A stretch of 64,000 nt of DNA from a virus (lineage: Duplodnaviria; Caudoviricetes). The position numbers and the translations under genes were made by a program. Position 1 is the stretch's first letter. The number at the start of each line of letters is the position of its first letter. Location of the stretch: positions 1-64,000 of the IMG/VR virus record IMGVR_UViG_3300033463_000093; one strand, given 5' to 3'. This document shows positions 1-9,748 of this stretch, piece after piece. The notes below the pieces were generated by a model. It saw only the letters and a program-made list of their open reading frames with translations, made no database searches and was not told the origin of the DNA.

Positions 1-579
1 GGTGGTTTAAAGGCATATTCATTGTGTATCGAAAGCGCGTCCGACGGCACACCAAGTTCGTCGAGGTATGGCGAGATTAACCGCTACAGCGGAGACCTGC
101 ATCTACAATACGACAGCGGGACTGGAGAGGATGGCACTGGCGGCATCACGATGTGCCAGCACTCTCTGAGGCTTTCGTTCTACCAAGGCATCATCACTTT
201 TAACACGAGTGGCAACGTTCCGTATATCACAACGGCATGGCAGCAAGGCTCTGATATGCGCAGAAAGGATATAGAAGATTATATTGATAATGTCGATGTG
301 AACGCCATCGCTCTGGCTCCCATCTTCGATTTCAGATGGAAGGAAGACAGACGGAAGCTATGGGTCGGAACGTCGGCGCAATACTGGAGAAACGTGCTTC
401 CGAATGCCGTTTGTCAGAACCCAGACGGATTCCTTTCCATGGACTACAGCGCAACGGCTCTGGCCTCAGCTGTCATCACGGCACGCAAGGTCGTAGACCA
501 TGAGCGCAGGATTCAGGAATTGGAACGTGAGAACGAGTATTTGAAGGAACAGATAGAAGATTTAAAGGCAGCAGCATAA
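1..579 (+). CDS. Tail fibre/spike C-terminal part with intramolecular chaperone (peptidase S74-like); 5'-truncated
   Basis: Frame open from base 1; RRKDIEDY..IFDFRWKED..G.SAQ..DY...RIQELERENEYLKEQI is typical of S74 chaperone plus coiled coil. Confidence 0.75.
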   Translation, partial: GGLKAYSLCIESASDGTPSSSRYGEINRYSGDLHLQYDSGTGEDGTGGITMCQHSLRLSFYQGIITFNTSGNVPYITTAWQQGSDMRRKDIEDYIDNVDVNAIALAPIFDFRWKEDRRKLWVGTSAQYWRNVLPNAVCQNPDGFLSMDYSATALASAVITARKVVDHERRIQELERENEYLKEQIEDLKAAA

Positions 580-580
580 T

Positions 581-1990
581 ATGGGATACAATGGAGGTAT
601 GATAACACGGCCAGTCAGCATCGCTGACGTTCAAAAGGCTCTCGGGACGTCGAAGAACGATGTCGGCCAGCTGTGTACTCACGACAACATCAACGCGATG
701 GCAAAATACAAGCCCATCAGAAACTCGAATATCGGCATGCTGGCACCGGCACAGTCAGGCACACCGTCTGACCGATATAGTGCGCGATTCGGTTTTGCGG
801 CCATCACGCCGACCATCACGTTTGACGGCACTAACCTTAACCCTCACAGTAAATGGGTATATGACAAGCCAAGGGGTGGCAGTTACAACGAGCCTTTCCG
901 TCTCACGGACTTTATAAACGAGGACAATCCGACAGGTCATGGTTATGACGCTGGAGCCGTTCCACCGTTCGCTTTCAGACCTGAAGGTCTTGAATTGACA
1001 TTCAATTCAACGGCAGACGGAGAAGGCGGTGTAGGCATATCGCTGTATGTAAACAGCGGCGTAAACTCATATTACTATGGCGGCGGGTGGAACCCAGAGA
1101 CATGTTTAACGATGTCTGAACTGCTGAATTTCTACAGCGGTGGTGCCTACATCGGTTTTGCCATCCGAGATATTGACGAACCTGCTGGTGGATTTGTGGC
1201 CGTCGTGACAAGACACAAGCTGAATAGCGTAAGTTCTTCTGTTCCCACCGTGATACTTCGCTCATCAAACGTCATACAGTCAGGGATGCTCTCGCCAGAG
1301 GTTGCCATTCTTCATGACGGAGACCGAGCTGGTCATAGGTTCAGATTTATCGCTTTCCTGTATAACACATTTCCGTCGTTTACATACGATGGTACTACCT
1401 ACACTGATATAAACGCAGAATATTCTGTATTGACCACCACCCCGAATTTCAGCGCAAACTCGCTGGAGTTTGTTGACAACATTGACAGACAAGACATAGT
1501 GGCTTATCTTGTCCAGGGCGGCATTACGGGATTGACTGGATTCATACAAGGCCCTGGCGTATCATTGACGCTGACAAGCAACACGCCGGTCACCTACAAC
1601 GGAAGGCAATACTACAAATACCAGATTGGCGGTACGGCTTACGGAAGTTTCACCACACCAACGGGACACTGGAATCCAGATGGAGACATACGAATACATC
1701 TGAAGATCGCAAGTGACGGAATACCGAGCTATGTCAACCCTCAGACAGGAAACTTTGAATATGTTGTGAATGTATCTATGCCGAGCGGCAACACGCAGTA
1801 CAACAACATTTCGCTAATAAACTTCTCCATTCTGAGCGAACCAGCATACATCTATGTGGAGCCTGCTGTCGCTAAGAATGAAGACCCTTATATCAAAATC
1901 ACGGCGTATGCCACGCCAAGCTATGTCAACGAGGTGGTCCAGATAGAGGGCGTGATCAACGCATCTTCTCCAAGGATAACGAATCAGTAA
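581..1990 (+). CDS. Virion/tail-associated protein (469 aa)
   Basis: N-terminus ITRPVSIADVQKALG..DVGQLC..NINAMAKYKP resembles proteins that follow tail fibres in Bacteroidota phages; beta-rich remainder. Confidence 0.55.
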   Translation: MGYNGGMITRPVSIADVQKALGTSKNDVGQLCTHDNINAMAKYKPIRNSNIGMLAPAQSGTPSDRYSARFGFAAITPTITFDGTNLNPHSKWVYDKPRGGSYNEPFRLTDFINEDNPTGHGYDAGAVPPFAFRPEGLELTFNSTADGEGGVGISLYVNSGVNSYYYGGGWNPETCLTMSELLNFYSGGAYIGFAIRDIDEPAGGFVAVVTRHKLNSVSSSVPTVILRSSNVIQSGMLSPEVAILHDGDRAGHRFRFIAFLYNTFPSFTYDGTTYTDINAEYSVLTTTPNFSANSLEFVDNIDRQDIVAYLVQGGITGLTGFIQGPGVSLTLTSNTPVTYNGRQYYKYQIGGTAYGSFTTPTGHWNPDGDIRIHLKIASDGIPSYVNPQTGNFEYVVNVSMPSGNTQYNNISLINFSILSEPAYIYVEPAVAKNEDPYIKITAYATPSYVNEVVQIEGVINASSPRITNQ

Positions 1991-2027
1991 TTCACTTTAA
2001 TATTAACTCTTTAAAATTTCAACAATT

Positions 2028-2333
2028 ATGGGAACATTTGTAATTACAAGTTCAGCTTTGAACAACCAGTACACTTACACTAACGCTTCTGTCTTTGTAA
2101 GCGGAAGCTACTCTCTCGACGCTCAGACCAACGTGGAGCAGAACATCAGCGGTCAGGTCTATACCGTCGCACAGGGCGGTGGTCAGGGCGACTACATCGG
2201 CAACTTCAACGGCTATCTCAACGGCGACGAGATGCAGTACACCCTGTCGCAGATGACACGCCAGAAGGCCAACATGGTGTGGGATGCGATCGACGAGATT
2301 GACGCTGAAATCCACGGACAAAACGCAGAGTAA
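2028..2333 (+). CDS. Hypothetical protein (101 aa)
   Basis: A-rich leader, co-oriented with the late operon. Confidence 0.7.
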   Translation: MGTFVITSSALNNQYTYTNASVFVSGSYSLDAQTNVEQNISGQVYTVAQGGGQGDYIGNFNGYLNGDEMQYTLSQMTRQKANMVWDAIDEIDAEIHGQNAE

Positions 2334-2336
2334 GCC

Positions 2337-2813
2337 ATGAAGCAGACGATTAAGACAGAGAAGGCCGTTTCAGCATATCGCGTGCTGTCAACGGCAAAGT
2401 ACGGCCAGCTTGCCGATGCCGACAAGATTAAGGTGTGGAAAATCGCGCGTGTCCTGAAGCCCATCGCCACCTCGTTTGAGGATACGGCCAAGGACGCTGC
2501 CGAGAAGTTCAAGCCTACCACAGAGGGCTTTGACGAGCAGTACGAGAAGTTCCTCAGCTTCCAGCGCATGGTGAACCTGCCTAACGTTGATGCTAAGAAG
2601 CTGCCTATGGGCGTAGCCGAGTACAACCAGTTCCTTACTGATGTTGTCTTGCCATACAACAAGCTTGTCGAGGACGCTATCAAGGAGTTCGGCGGCAAGG
2701 ACGTGGAGATTGAGTTCGCTGGCCTGTCAGAAGATGCCTTCGGCAAGCTGATGGCCTCCAACGAGTGGACAGTCGAGCAGGCTATTGAAATCGGAAACCT
2801 AATCGTCGAGTAG
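2337..2813 (+). CDS. Hypothetical protein (158 aa)
   Basis: Tightly packed ORF with phage-like codon use. Confidence 0.7.
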   Translation: MKQTIKTEKAVSAYRVLSTAKYGQLADADKIKVWKIARVLKPIATSFEDTAKDAAEKFKPTTEGFDEQYEKFLSFQRMVNLPNVDAKKLPMGVAEYNQFLTDVVLPYNKLVEDAIKEFGGKDVEIEFAGLSEDAFGKLMASNEWTVEQAIEIGNLIVE

Positions 2814-2814
2814 T

Positions 2815-2985
2815 ATGGCAAAGGTCTATTATTTCATCATGCTCTGCCTGTACGTCGTAGGCGTTATTGGCGGCATCGGATACGCCATCTACTGTGGTGC
2901 ATACCCTGTGGCTGTCGGTGTGGCTGCGACAGGATTCCTTGCCTATCCGAAGGTAAAGGAGTGCTTTGATAAATTGACTGAATGA
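2815..2985 (+). CDS. Small two-TM membrane protein (56 aa)
   Basis: Manual translation MAKVYYFIMLCLYVVGVIGGIGYAIYCGAYPVAVGVAATGFLAYPKVKECFDKLTE; below the ORF-track cutoff. Confidence 0.6.
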   Translation: MAKVYYFIMLCLYVVGVIGGIGYAIYCGAYPVAVGVAATGFLAYPKVKECFDKLTE

Positions 2986-3041
2986 ATTGACCGGCGGGGA
3001 GGGAGGTTCCTCTCTCCCTGCCTTAAAAAAGGAAAAGAAGA

Positions 3042-3641
3042 ATGAAGATACCGCAACCTATAGTGTTGGCCACATCGTCAGGTGTTGCGTCGCTGATAGG
3101 CGTGTTCTGGCATAATTCCGTGGAGGTGATGCTTCCGTGGCTGCTGGTCGTCGTGTCAGCAGTCATTGCCGACCTTGCATCCGGACACTACAAGGCGGGC
3201 AGGCTTGGCATCCACTTCGCATGGTCGACGGCATTCAGAGAATCGTTTGGCAAAGTGGTTGTTTACATTGCCTTTGTCATGACGGCGGCTATGTTCGACG
3301 TGGCCGTGAAAGGGAATGCGCTGATTGCAAAGTGGCTATGCATCTTCGTCTCAGCGGTGGAGATAGGGAGCGTGTTCTCGAATATCCTTATCTGTCATGG
3401 CGTCAAGCTTTCTCTGAAGGCTATACTGAAGTTCCTTCTGAAGAAGTCACCCTTCGGCATCGACGACGAGGCAGCTGACGAAATCATAAAGACCGCCAGA
3501 CGGGAGGACAGGAAATGGAACAAACTTAAGTCAAGGAAGTTCAAGGAGGACGAAGAACCTCTGAATGCGTTTGTGAAGAGTGCCATCACCAAGGAGACGG
3601 ACGAGGAAACGGGAAGGACAGTTTATCATCATAACCTATGA
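3042..3641 (+). CDS. Holin (Phage_holin_4_1-like)
   Basis: Three hydrophobic segments, ADLASG..WS.AFRES.GK, EIGSVFSN motif; upstream of the endolysin. Confidence 0.75.
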   Translation: MKIPQPIVLATSSGVASLIGVFWHNSVEVMLPWLLVVVSAVIADLASGHYKAGRLGIHFAWSTAFRESFGKVVVYIAFVMTAAMFDVAVKGNALIAKWLCIFVSAVEIGSVFSNILICHGVKLSLKAILKFLLKKSPFGIDDEAADEIIKTARREDRKWNKLKSRKFKEDEEPLNAFVKSAITKETDEETGRTVYHHNL

Positions 3642-3754
3642 GGAGGATATTGGATATATTAAAGAGAATGGCCATGTTCTTCTTCGACGTAGAAGAGAAG
3701 ATGGTTGACGAGTTCGAGGGCTACGACCCTGAAACAAACATGGAGGACTAAGTT

Positions 3755-4291
3755 ATGGCAAAAGCTGAGATATTAAAGGATTTTATAAAAAGCTGGGAGG
3801 GGGGCTATTGCAACGTACCAGGCGACAAGGGAGGGCACACGAACATGGGAGTTACGCTTGCAACCTACAGAGAGGTGTTCGGGCAGGAGCGCACCGTGGA
3901 AGACCTGAAGACGCTTACAGACATAGAGTGGATGTATATCTTCGAGAAATACTATTGGGAGAAGTGGAAGGCTGACGAGATAGAGGACCAGTCCATTGCC
4001 AATCTCCTTGTGGATTGGGTATGGGCAAGCGGCGTCTATGGCATCAGGATCCCGCAGTACACTCTCGGTGTCGAGCAGGACGGCATCGTGGGACCGAAGA
4101 CCCTTGCGGCCATCAACAGCTACAAGGACAAGGAGAAGCTGTTCAAGATCCTGTGGCAGGCACGGAGGGATTATTTCATAAGGATTGGGAAAGGCACGCA
4201 GAAGAAGTTCCTCAACGGATGGCTCAGGCGTCTCGACGGCATCCGGTACAGGAGGCTTGTGTGCAACGGAGGAAGGACAATAACGTTTTAA
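3755..4291 (+). CDS. Endolysin, glycoside hydrolase family 108 with peptidoglycan-binding domain
   Basis: WEGGYCNVPGDKGGHTNMGVT catalytic motif; DGIVGPKT; KFLNGWLRR. Confidence 0.92.
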   Translation: MAKAEILKDFIKSWEGGYCNVPGDKGGHTNMGVTLATYREVFGQERTVEDLKTLTDIEWMYIFEKYYWEKWKADEIEDQSIANLLVDWVWASGVYGIRIPQYTLGVEQDGIVGPKTLAAINSYKDKEKLFKILWQARRDYFIRIGKGTQKKFLNGWLRRLDGIRYRRLVCNGGRTITF

Positions 4292-4303
4292 AGGTATAAG
4301 GGT

Positions 4304-4843
4304 ATGAGAAAGTTTTTGTGGATATTGGCAGTAGTGGTGCTTGTCGGTTGTAGGACGATAAACAACGAGGAGAGTTATGTTGAGAGGCACCGGCTCGAGA
4401 GCATGATCGAGCGCATGGACTCCCTTGTGAGCAGGAGCTATGTAATCCAGCAGGACTCTTCGTGGCGAGAGCTTGTCATGCGCCAGTTCGAGAGCATCAA
4501 GGAGAAGAGTGACACAAGCCATATACAGGTCGTCGATACGGCAGGTAATGTCATCAAGGAGACGATAGTCATCAACAACACAAGGGAGGTCGTCTCGGAG
4601 AAAGAGCGTCAGGAAATTGTCGGGCTGCGTCATTCCGTTGAGAAGCTTGACTCCACGGTGACCGTCCAGAACGAGCAGATAAGCAGGATGGACTCCCTGC
4701 TGAAGGAGAGCGTCAAGGAGAAGACCATAGAGAAGCAGCTGTCATGGTGGCAGAAGATAGTGATGCAATGGAAGGGGATGCTTCTTGGATTGGCTATCGG
4801 AGTTGTGGTGCTCCTTGTGTTGAAATGGAAAAAAGTTATATAA
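4304..4843 (+). CDS. Spanin-like lipoprotein
   Basis: Signal peptide with LVGC lipobox, coiled coil, C-terminal TM; follows the endolysin. Confidence 0.7.
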   Translation: MRKFLWILAVVVLVGCRTINNEESYVERHRLESMIERMDSLVSRSYVIQQDSSWRELVMRQFESIKEKSDTSHIQVVDTAGNVIKETIVINNTREVVSEKERQEIVGLRHSVEKLDSTVTVQNEQISRMDSLLKESVKEKTIEKQLSWWQKIVMQWKGMLLGLAIGVVVLLVLKWKKVI

Positions 4844-5029
4844 TTAATATTGTTTTAGGTTATTTGATTGTTTTTTTCTTTAGTTATTTACAGGTTTTCG
4901 GTTAGTAATGACACATTATGTTCACAGCGGTGACGGTCTCATCAGAATCACATGAATTATTTACACAGCGGTGGTAACTTTCATTTATTAGGTTCGTTTG
5001 TATTGAGGAATTGATTGTTTTAGTTTGAA

Positions 5030-5065
5030 ATCCCCGCCGTCCGTGAGGATAGCGGGGATCTTTTC
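5030..5065 (+). terminator. Rho-independent terminator ending the late/lysis operon
   Basis: ATCCCCGC/GCGGGGAT stem followed by CTTTTC, at the convergence of + and - operons. Confidence 0.7.
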
Positions 5066-5084
5066 TACAATGCTTTCATACTGA

Positions 5085-5261
5085 TTATAAATTATAATTA
5101 TTATTCTCTAAATCTTCGAGGTACTTATAGAATACCGTATGGTAATCATTATTTTGTGTTATAGAAATAACAGTCATTATAGTATTATAACCTTTCTCTT
5201 CTAATGAGTTCAAAAAATCAACAGTTTCTTTTCTCCCACGACATATTTCACTTTTAATCAT
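5085..5261 (-). CDS. Hypothetical protein (58 aa)
   Basis: Manual translation MIKSEICRGRKETVDFLNSLEEKGYN...; ATGA overlap with the upstream gene. Confidence 0.5.
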   Translation of the reverse strand: MIKSEICRGRKETVDFLNSLEEKGYNTIMTVISITQNNDYHTVFYKYLEDLENNNYNL

Positions 5262-5692
5262 AACAATTCCCTTTCGTTTAATTGTTTAATCATTTCAACG
5301 CAAGCATCAACAAAATCATCATAAGAATCTGTCCAAATATCATATTCACCCGTATCATCAAGTTCATATCTATAACAAAGTTGATATTGATTATCTTCCT
5401 TGTAAATATTAAAAAAATAACTTACGCCTTCTTCATTCACTATTTCATAGTCCAATACACCGAGCAATGCTGCAAGACTCCAGCAAGGAAAATAGGATAT
5501 ATTTTTATACTTCTGCCTCCATGATTTGTTATACTTGTTAAATGGAACGCATAATGCTTGATGTAACCCATCAAACTTACTATCACTTGTCTCATAAGGT
5601 TCTTCGTGAAGAAGTACCATATCCGCACTTTCAAGCGGCAGTGTTTTTGCCAACTGCTTGCTCTGTTTTAAATCGGTTGCTATCTTTGCCAT
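5258..5692 (-). CDS. Hypothetical phage protein
   Basis: ATDLKQSKQL..LPLESADM..PCWSLAALL pattern recurrent in Bacteroidota phages. Confidence 0.7.
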   Translation of the reverse strand: MAKIATDLKQSKQLAKTLPLESADMVLLHEEPYETSDSKFDGLHQALCVPFNKYNKSWRQKYKNISYFPCWSLAALLGVLDYEIVNEEGVSYFFNIYKEDNQYQLCYRYELDDTGEYDIWTDSYDDFVDACVEMIKQLNERELL

Positions 5693-5694
5693 AA

Positions 5695-6219
5695 CTATAA
5701 TTTTTTCAGATCTTCGAATAGCGTTCTTAAAACCTTAATATCTTCTTCTTTGTATATACCAGAAAAAGACAAAGCTAACACCCTCATTTGCTCTTCGCTC
5801 GGCTTCCAGTGTTTCTGAGGACGGAGAGATTTGTATGATATTGCAAAGTTTTTTAATTCTTGACTGTTAGTACCATGTCTTTCTAAAAATTGTTTATCAC
5901 TTGCTGAAATAGTATAAGCCATCTCTTTAATAGCACCAAGTATTCTTTCATCTTCCTCGCTCCACTCTACAGGCTTCTGCTTTTCGAGCCAAGAAAGTGC
6001 TTTTTTTGCGTCTTCGATACTTACATCGTTATAATCATCATCAATAATAGCTTGCTGGATATCCTGAATTAGCCATTTTCTGATTCTTTCATCCTCTGAC
6101 TCTGCAAGCTCTGGGAAGATGTATTCCACAAGATTCCCGTTACTTTCCGCATACAGCTCCTTCTTGTGAAACTTCTTTGCTCTTTCTAATGCCTCGTTGT
6201 ATTTCTTCTCGTAGTCCAT
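5695..6219 (-). CDS. Modular hypothetical protein, MDYEKKY family
   Basis: Shares N-terminus and WSEEDE / KSLRPQK.WKPSEE modules with 10706..12106. Confidence 0.75.
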   Translation of the reverse strand: MDYEKKYNEALERAKKFHKKELYAESNGNLVEYIFPELAESEDERIRKWLIQDIQQAIIDDDYNDVSIEDAKKALSWLEKQKPVEWSEEDERILGAIKEMAYTISASDKQFLERHGTNSQELKNFAISYKSLRPQKHWKPSEEQMRVLALSFSGIYKEEDIKVLRTLFEDLKKL

Positions 6220-6230
6220 AACATTTACTT

Positions 6231-7619
6231 TTAAGTTAATTCTATTGTCTCTACTACCTTGTTCTGGTAAGAACTCGATCCTTCTTCCTTGAACCTGATG
6301 AGCTTCATGACTACTCCATTCTCGTAGACCTCAAACAAAGCTCCTTCCGATGCACCATAGAGGGTCTTGTTGTTTCCGTCCACAGGTTTTGACAGCGACG
6401 GCAGACCGATAGTCCACCCGGCGTTTCCGCAAGGCTCGTCGGTAGCTTTTGTATAAAGCCTGTAGTCATACTGCGTGTTGGTCAGAGAGTAAAGGTCGTC
6501 AACGAGCGGCATGACTTCATTCCCGGTAGGTTTAACAATCGGGTAGTCGTGTTTGCAGGCTGATATCTTAGGCGTTGCAACACGATGGTTATGACCGCCT
6601 ACGAATATGGCGTTCGGATACTCATTGTTGAGTTTGTCCAAAAACCAAAAAGTTAGTCCACACAACGTGTTGCTTCCAGCATAGTATTTGTTCCGCTCAG
6701 CATCCGTCTCTGGGTGCGGCCAAATACGAAGATGGCTGTACTGGCCGTCGGAGTCTCCAGCTTTGTGAGGGAAGAAAAGATGATGCGGAATGATGACACG
6801 ACGTTTCTTGTTCGCCTCCAAAATGTCCCAAAGCCAACACAACACCTCTGGGTTGTAGAACTGGTAGTCAAATGCTGCCTCCCTTGTACGGTTGTAGTTG
6901 GTATCAGAGACGTATTCAGTCATTCTTTTCACGAACGGGTCATTGTAGTCCAAAAGGTTCCAGCCTCGCGACACATCGTCCCAAGGTTGCCCGTTTGATT
7001 CTCCGTAGTCGACAGACATGCACACGAACATATCTTCGTATTTCTTGAACCAGTAGTTGAGCTTCGACTTGATGGTTCTGTTCCCAGAGTACGGAAGGTC
7101 GTTCCATTTTGCACCATACTCAAAGAAGTGAAGGGCACTCTCAGGCTCATGGAATGGAGATATATTTGTCTGCCACACCATCTCACGGCTTGCATATTTC
7201 TGCTTGTCGTAATCATCAAAAGGATGATAGAGCATCAAATAGTCGTGGTTTCCAAGGACAGAATGGAGTTGCAGTTTGCCGCCTGTAGGAGCAAAGGCGT
7301 GCTCGGTGTAAATGCGATTGAACTGCTCGAAGTCCTCGTAGTTATACTCGCAGATGTCTCCGCAGTTGATTATAAAGTCTGCGCCTTCGTCGATGTAGTA
7401 ATGACACGCATTGATAAGGTCAGCGACATACTCGGAGTTTTTTGAATCTTCCTTGTTGACATGCTCGTCCGATATTCCACCGAAAGTATAGAGGTGCTTG
7501 CCCAAGTCCTTCGGCTGTGGCTGTTCTACACTTGGCTCTGTGGCCGTTTCCTGTTCCCTGACCTTGACGGTGATTTCCTCACCTTGTTCAAGGATGATTG
7601 TCTTTCCGTTAATTTCCAT
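6231..7619 (-). CDS. Calcineurin-like metallophosphoesterase
   Basis: Motifs SDEH, CGDI, LGNHD, PHH, GGHNH; start re-called at MEINGK. Confidence 0.85.
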   Translation of the reverse strand: MEINGKTIILEQGEEITVKVREQETATEPSVEQPQPKDLGKHLYTFGGISDEHVNKEDSKNSEYVADLINACHYYIDEGADFIINCGDICEYNYEDFEQFNRIYTEHAFAPTGGKLQLHSVLGNHDYLMLYHPFDDYDKQKYASREMVWQTNISPFHEPESALHFFEYGAKWNDLPYSGNRTIKSKLNYWFKKYEDMFVCMSVDYGESNGQPWDDVSRGWNLLDYNDPFVKRMTEYVSDTNYNRTREAAFDYQFYNPEVLCWLWDILEANKKRRVIIPHHLFFPHKAGDSDGQYSHLRIWPHPETDAERNKYYAGSNTLCGLTFWFLDKLNNEYPNAIFVGGHNHRVATPKISACKHDYPIVKPTGNEVMPLVDDLYSLTNTQYDYRLYTKATDEPCGNAGWTIGLPSLSKPVDGNNKTLYGASEGALFEVYENGVVMKLIRFKEEGSSSYQNKVVETIELT

Positions 7620-7855
7620 AATTATTATGTTTTTCGTCCCACTTTTTAACCATATACTTAATCGCAAAGTAAGCAATCGCAACGCTTACAAGAAAAGCTA
7701 AATTAGCCAATGTTAGTTCATTCATACTCATTCCTCGTTTAAATCTTTCTTTGCCAACTTTTTTAAATTTAGTACGGCTTTTTCAAGTTGTTTCTCCTTG
7801 CCTTTTAGCCGTTTTCTTAATGAATCTGGGATTTTGTCAATCATACTCAGTCCTC

Positions 7856-8053
7856 CTATTCGATTACAATGAGAGTAATTCTTCTTTTTAAGTTCGGATT
7901 CTTAATGTAGCAATCTTCAAACTCGTCACCGCACATGCAAGAAAGATAATGCTTGCATTTTTCGCATATTTCTTTTTTCATTTCCATGTTATTTCTCATT
8001 AAAATGAAATTCAATCCAACCAACTTTTGTCTTAACTTCAAGATAATCAACAT
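7856..8053 (-). CDS. Small Cys-rich hypothetical protein
   Basis: CEKCKHYLSCMC..C; true start probably the internal Met. Confidence 0.4.
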   Translation of the reverse strand: MLIILKLRQKLVGLNFILMRNNMEMKKEICEKCKHYLSCMCGDEFEDCYIKNPNLKRRITLIVIE

Positions 8054-8174
8054 TTGTATCTATCTGCTTGCCAAGTTCCTCATGCCAGTGCTCTAAAAAT
8101 TTCTTATAATGTCTAAACGGTACACCGTCTATCTCAAAGACTTGCTGCCCGCTTATCCTTACAACCTTTGCCAT
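7989..8174 (-). CDS. Hypothetical protein
   Basis: Packed small ORF in the minus-strand block. Confidence 0.55.
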   Translation of the reverse strand: MAKVVRISGQQVFEIDGVPFRHYKKFLEHWHEELGKQIDTNVDYLEVKTKVGWIEFHFNEK

Positions 8175-8276
8175 ATCAGTCCTCCTTTCCTTTATTCCCG
8201 CCAGCCAAAGCCAGCAGAGCTAATGTTAATACACAGCCAATTAATAGGCCGACTAAAAATACAATGATAAACTGTG

Positions 8277-8561
8277 TCATATCCTCCCTCCTTCTTCATA
8301 CTTCCAGCCCGGCAACCTATCACAGCCTGCTTGTTCACGTCCGCATTTAGTACAACGATATATGCCTATTAAAGAGCCATATGTAGTAGGACTCAATCCG
8401 ACATATGTCATCTGATGAACACAGTTCTCTTGGTCAACAGGATATTTTTTCACTTTATCTCCATCCATTTCCTGTTTCCATTCGCTCCACCAATGTTTTT
8501 TTGTATAACGGATAAGATAAGAATTTTCTTTCTCTGCTACAAGTATAAATTTTTCTTTCAT
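8277..8561 (-). CDS. Hypothetical protein with Zn-ribbon
   Basis: C.H...YRCTKCG. Confidence 0.6.
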   Translation of the reverse strand: MKEKFILVAEKENSYLIRYTKKHWWSEWKQEMDGDKVKKYPVDQENCVHQMTYVGLSPTTYGSLIGIYRCTKCGREQAGCDRLPGWKYEEGGRI

Positions 8562-8565
8562 ATTA

Positions 8566-8778
8566 CTATTCTTTTACATTTTCATCAATATAGTCTCTGA
8601 GAAACGACAGTTCCTGATTAGCAGAAACAATAAGCGTTTCTAACTGCCTACGAGCAGCAATAACCCTATTGGAGTTCTGTAATGCAGCACTTGACACATA
8701 TTCTCCAATCCACTTGTCAATGTCACCACAGAGTTTGTCAATATCCTGTAGTACTTCTTGTTTTGTCATATCAGTCAT
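8566..8778 (-). CDS. Hypothetical protein
   Basis: Overlaps the upstream stop; helical composition. Confidence 0.6.
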   Translation of the reverse strand: MTDMTKQEVLQDIDKLCGDIDKWIGEYVSSAALQNSNRVIAARRQLETLIVSANQELSFLRDYIDENVKE

Positions 8779-9286
8779 CCTTAATGATTATCACTTTTAC
8801 TTTATCGCCTTGTTTTAATAACCCATTATTAACAGCTTCAGTTATAAGCCTAATTTCTTCTCCGCCATCAAGACAAAACTCTGTAGGCTCATTTTCGTAA
8901 GTAATAGGATATATCTTGTCATTATAGACAATAGCCTTGTTAATAGTCTGTTGTTTCTGCCACTGAGCACCCGCTTTTATTGCTGTCAACACTAATTCTT
9001 CCGACCAAGCTGGTTCTTCGCGCTCATTAAGACTACCTTTATTAATGGTATCACAAGCGTCTGGCTCTATGTTTTTAAGGATACTTTTTGCCGCTTCTTC
9101 CAAGTCATTGCTTACAGGCTCTTCTGGGAGGGAGTTGATGAACTTTAAGAGCATCTGCATCCTTGTATAAACTACAGGGCTTGAAGGACTCGGTTCAAAA
9201 CCTCCTTGGCATTGTTCTTCAAATAATGACATTTCTTCTGCCATTATTCTTTCAATCTCGGCTTTAATTTTATCTTTATCTGTCAT
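8771..9286 (-). CDS. Hypothetical phage protein
   Basis: LPEEPVSNDLEEAAK..AGAQWQK..GDKVKVIIIK modules recurrent in Bacteroidota phages. Confidence 0.7.
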   Translation of the reverse strand: MTDKDKIKAEIERIMAEEMSLFEEQCQGGFEPSPSSPVVYTRMQMLLKFINSLPEEPVSNDLEEAAKSILKNIEPDACDTINKGSLNEREEPAWSEELVLTAIKAGAQWQKQQTINKAIVYNDKIYPITYENEPTEFCLDGGEEIRLITEAVNNGLLKQGDKVKVIIIKDD

Positions 9287-9564
9287 ACATCATCATGTCT
9301 TCTATAATCTACACATTTTTCTACAAGATTACTTCCGTGCTCAAAACATTGGCCAAAGCCTTCATAGTGTATACATTCTATGCAACCACATTGTGTCGTT
9401 AATGGTTGTTCTTTGTCTGTCATAACATTTTCGTATTTAGTTCTTACTTTATATTCTTTATCAATGTGCGCTATTGGCACTCTGTTAAACGGCTTGCAAA
9501 ATTTCCATATTAATCTTTTATTAAAAGGATTCTTGAGCCATTTCTTGTATATTCTACGTTTCAT
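9283..9564 (-). CDS. Hypothetical protein
   Basis: ATGA-coupled; Cys cluster at the C-terminus. Confidence 0.55.
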   Translation of the reverse strand: MKRRIYKKWLKNPFNKRLIWKFCKPFNRVPIAHIDKEYKVRTKYENVMTDKEQPLTTQCGCIECIHYEGFGQCFEHGSNLVEKCVDYRRHDDV

Positions 9565-9567
9565 AAC

Positions 9568-9747
9568 TCAATAGTTCTTTATATCCAAAAAATACTCACA
9601 CTTATCTACTTTCTTATCCAAGGTGTACATAGACACCAGTCCTGAGTAGAACTTTGCTCTATTACCTAACCAGAACCTGTAACAGCAAACCTTGCTGGCA
9701 CACTTCTCGTTTTTGCAATGAAGCATATCTCCCTGATAATACGGCAT
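9568..9747 (-). CDS. Small Cys-rich hypothetical protein
   Basis: HCKNEKC..CCYRF..KCEYF; start re-called at MPYYQ. Confidence 0.55.
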   Translation of the reverse strand: MPYYQGDMLHCKNEKCASKVCCYRFWLGNRAKFYSGLVSMYTLDKKVDKCEYFLDIKNY

Positions 9748-9748
9748 A

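Noticed and set aside
1-2000. Diversity-generating retroelement target in the tail fibre
   Set aside because: No reverse transcriptase and no TR/VR repeat pair visible in the window; cannot be excluded outside it.
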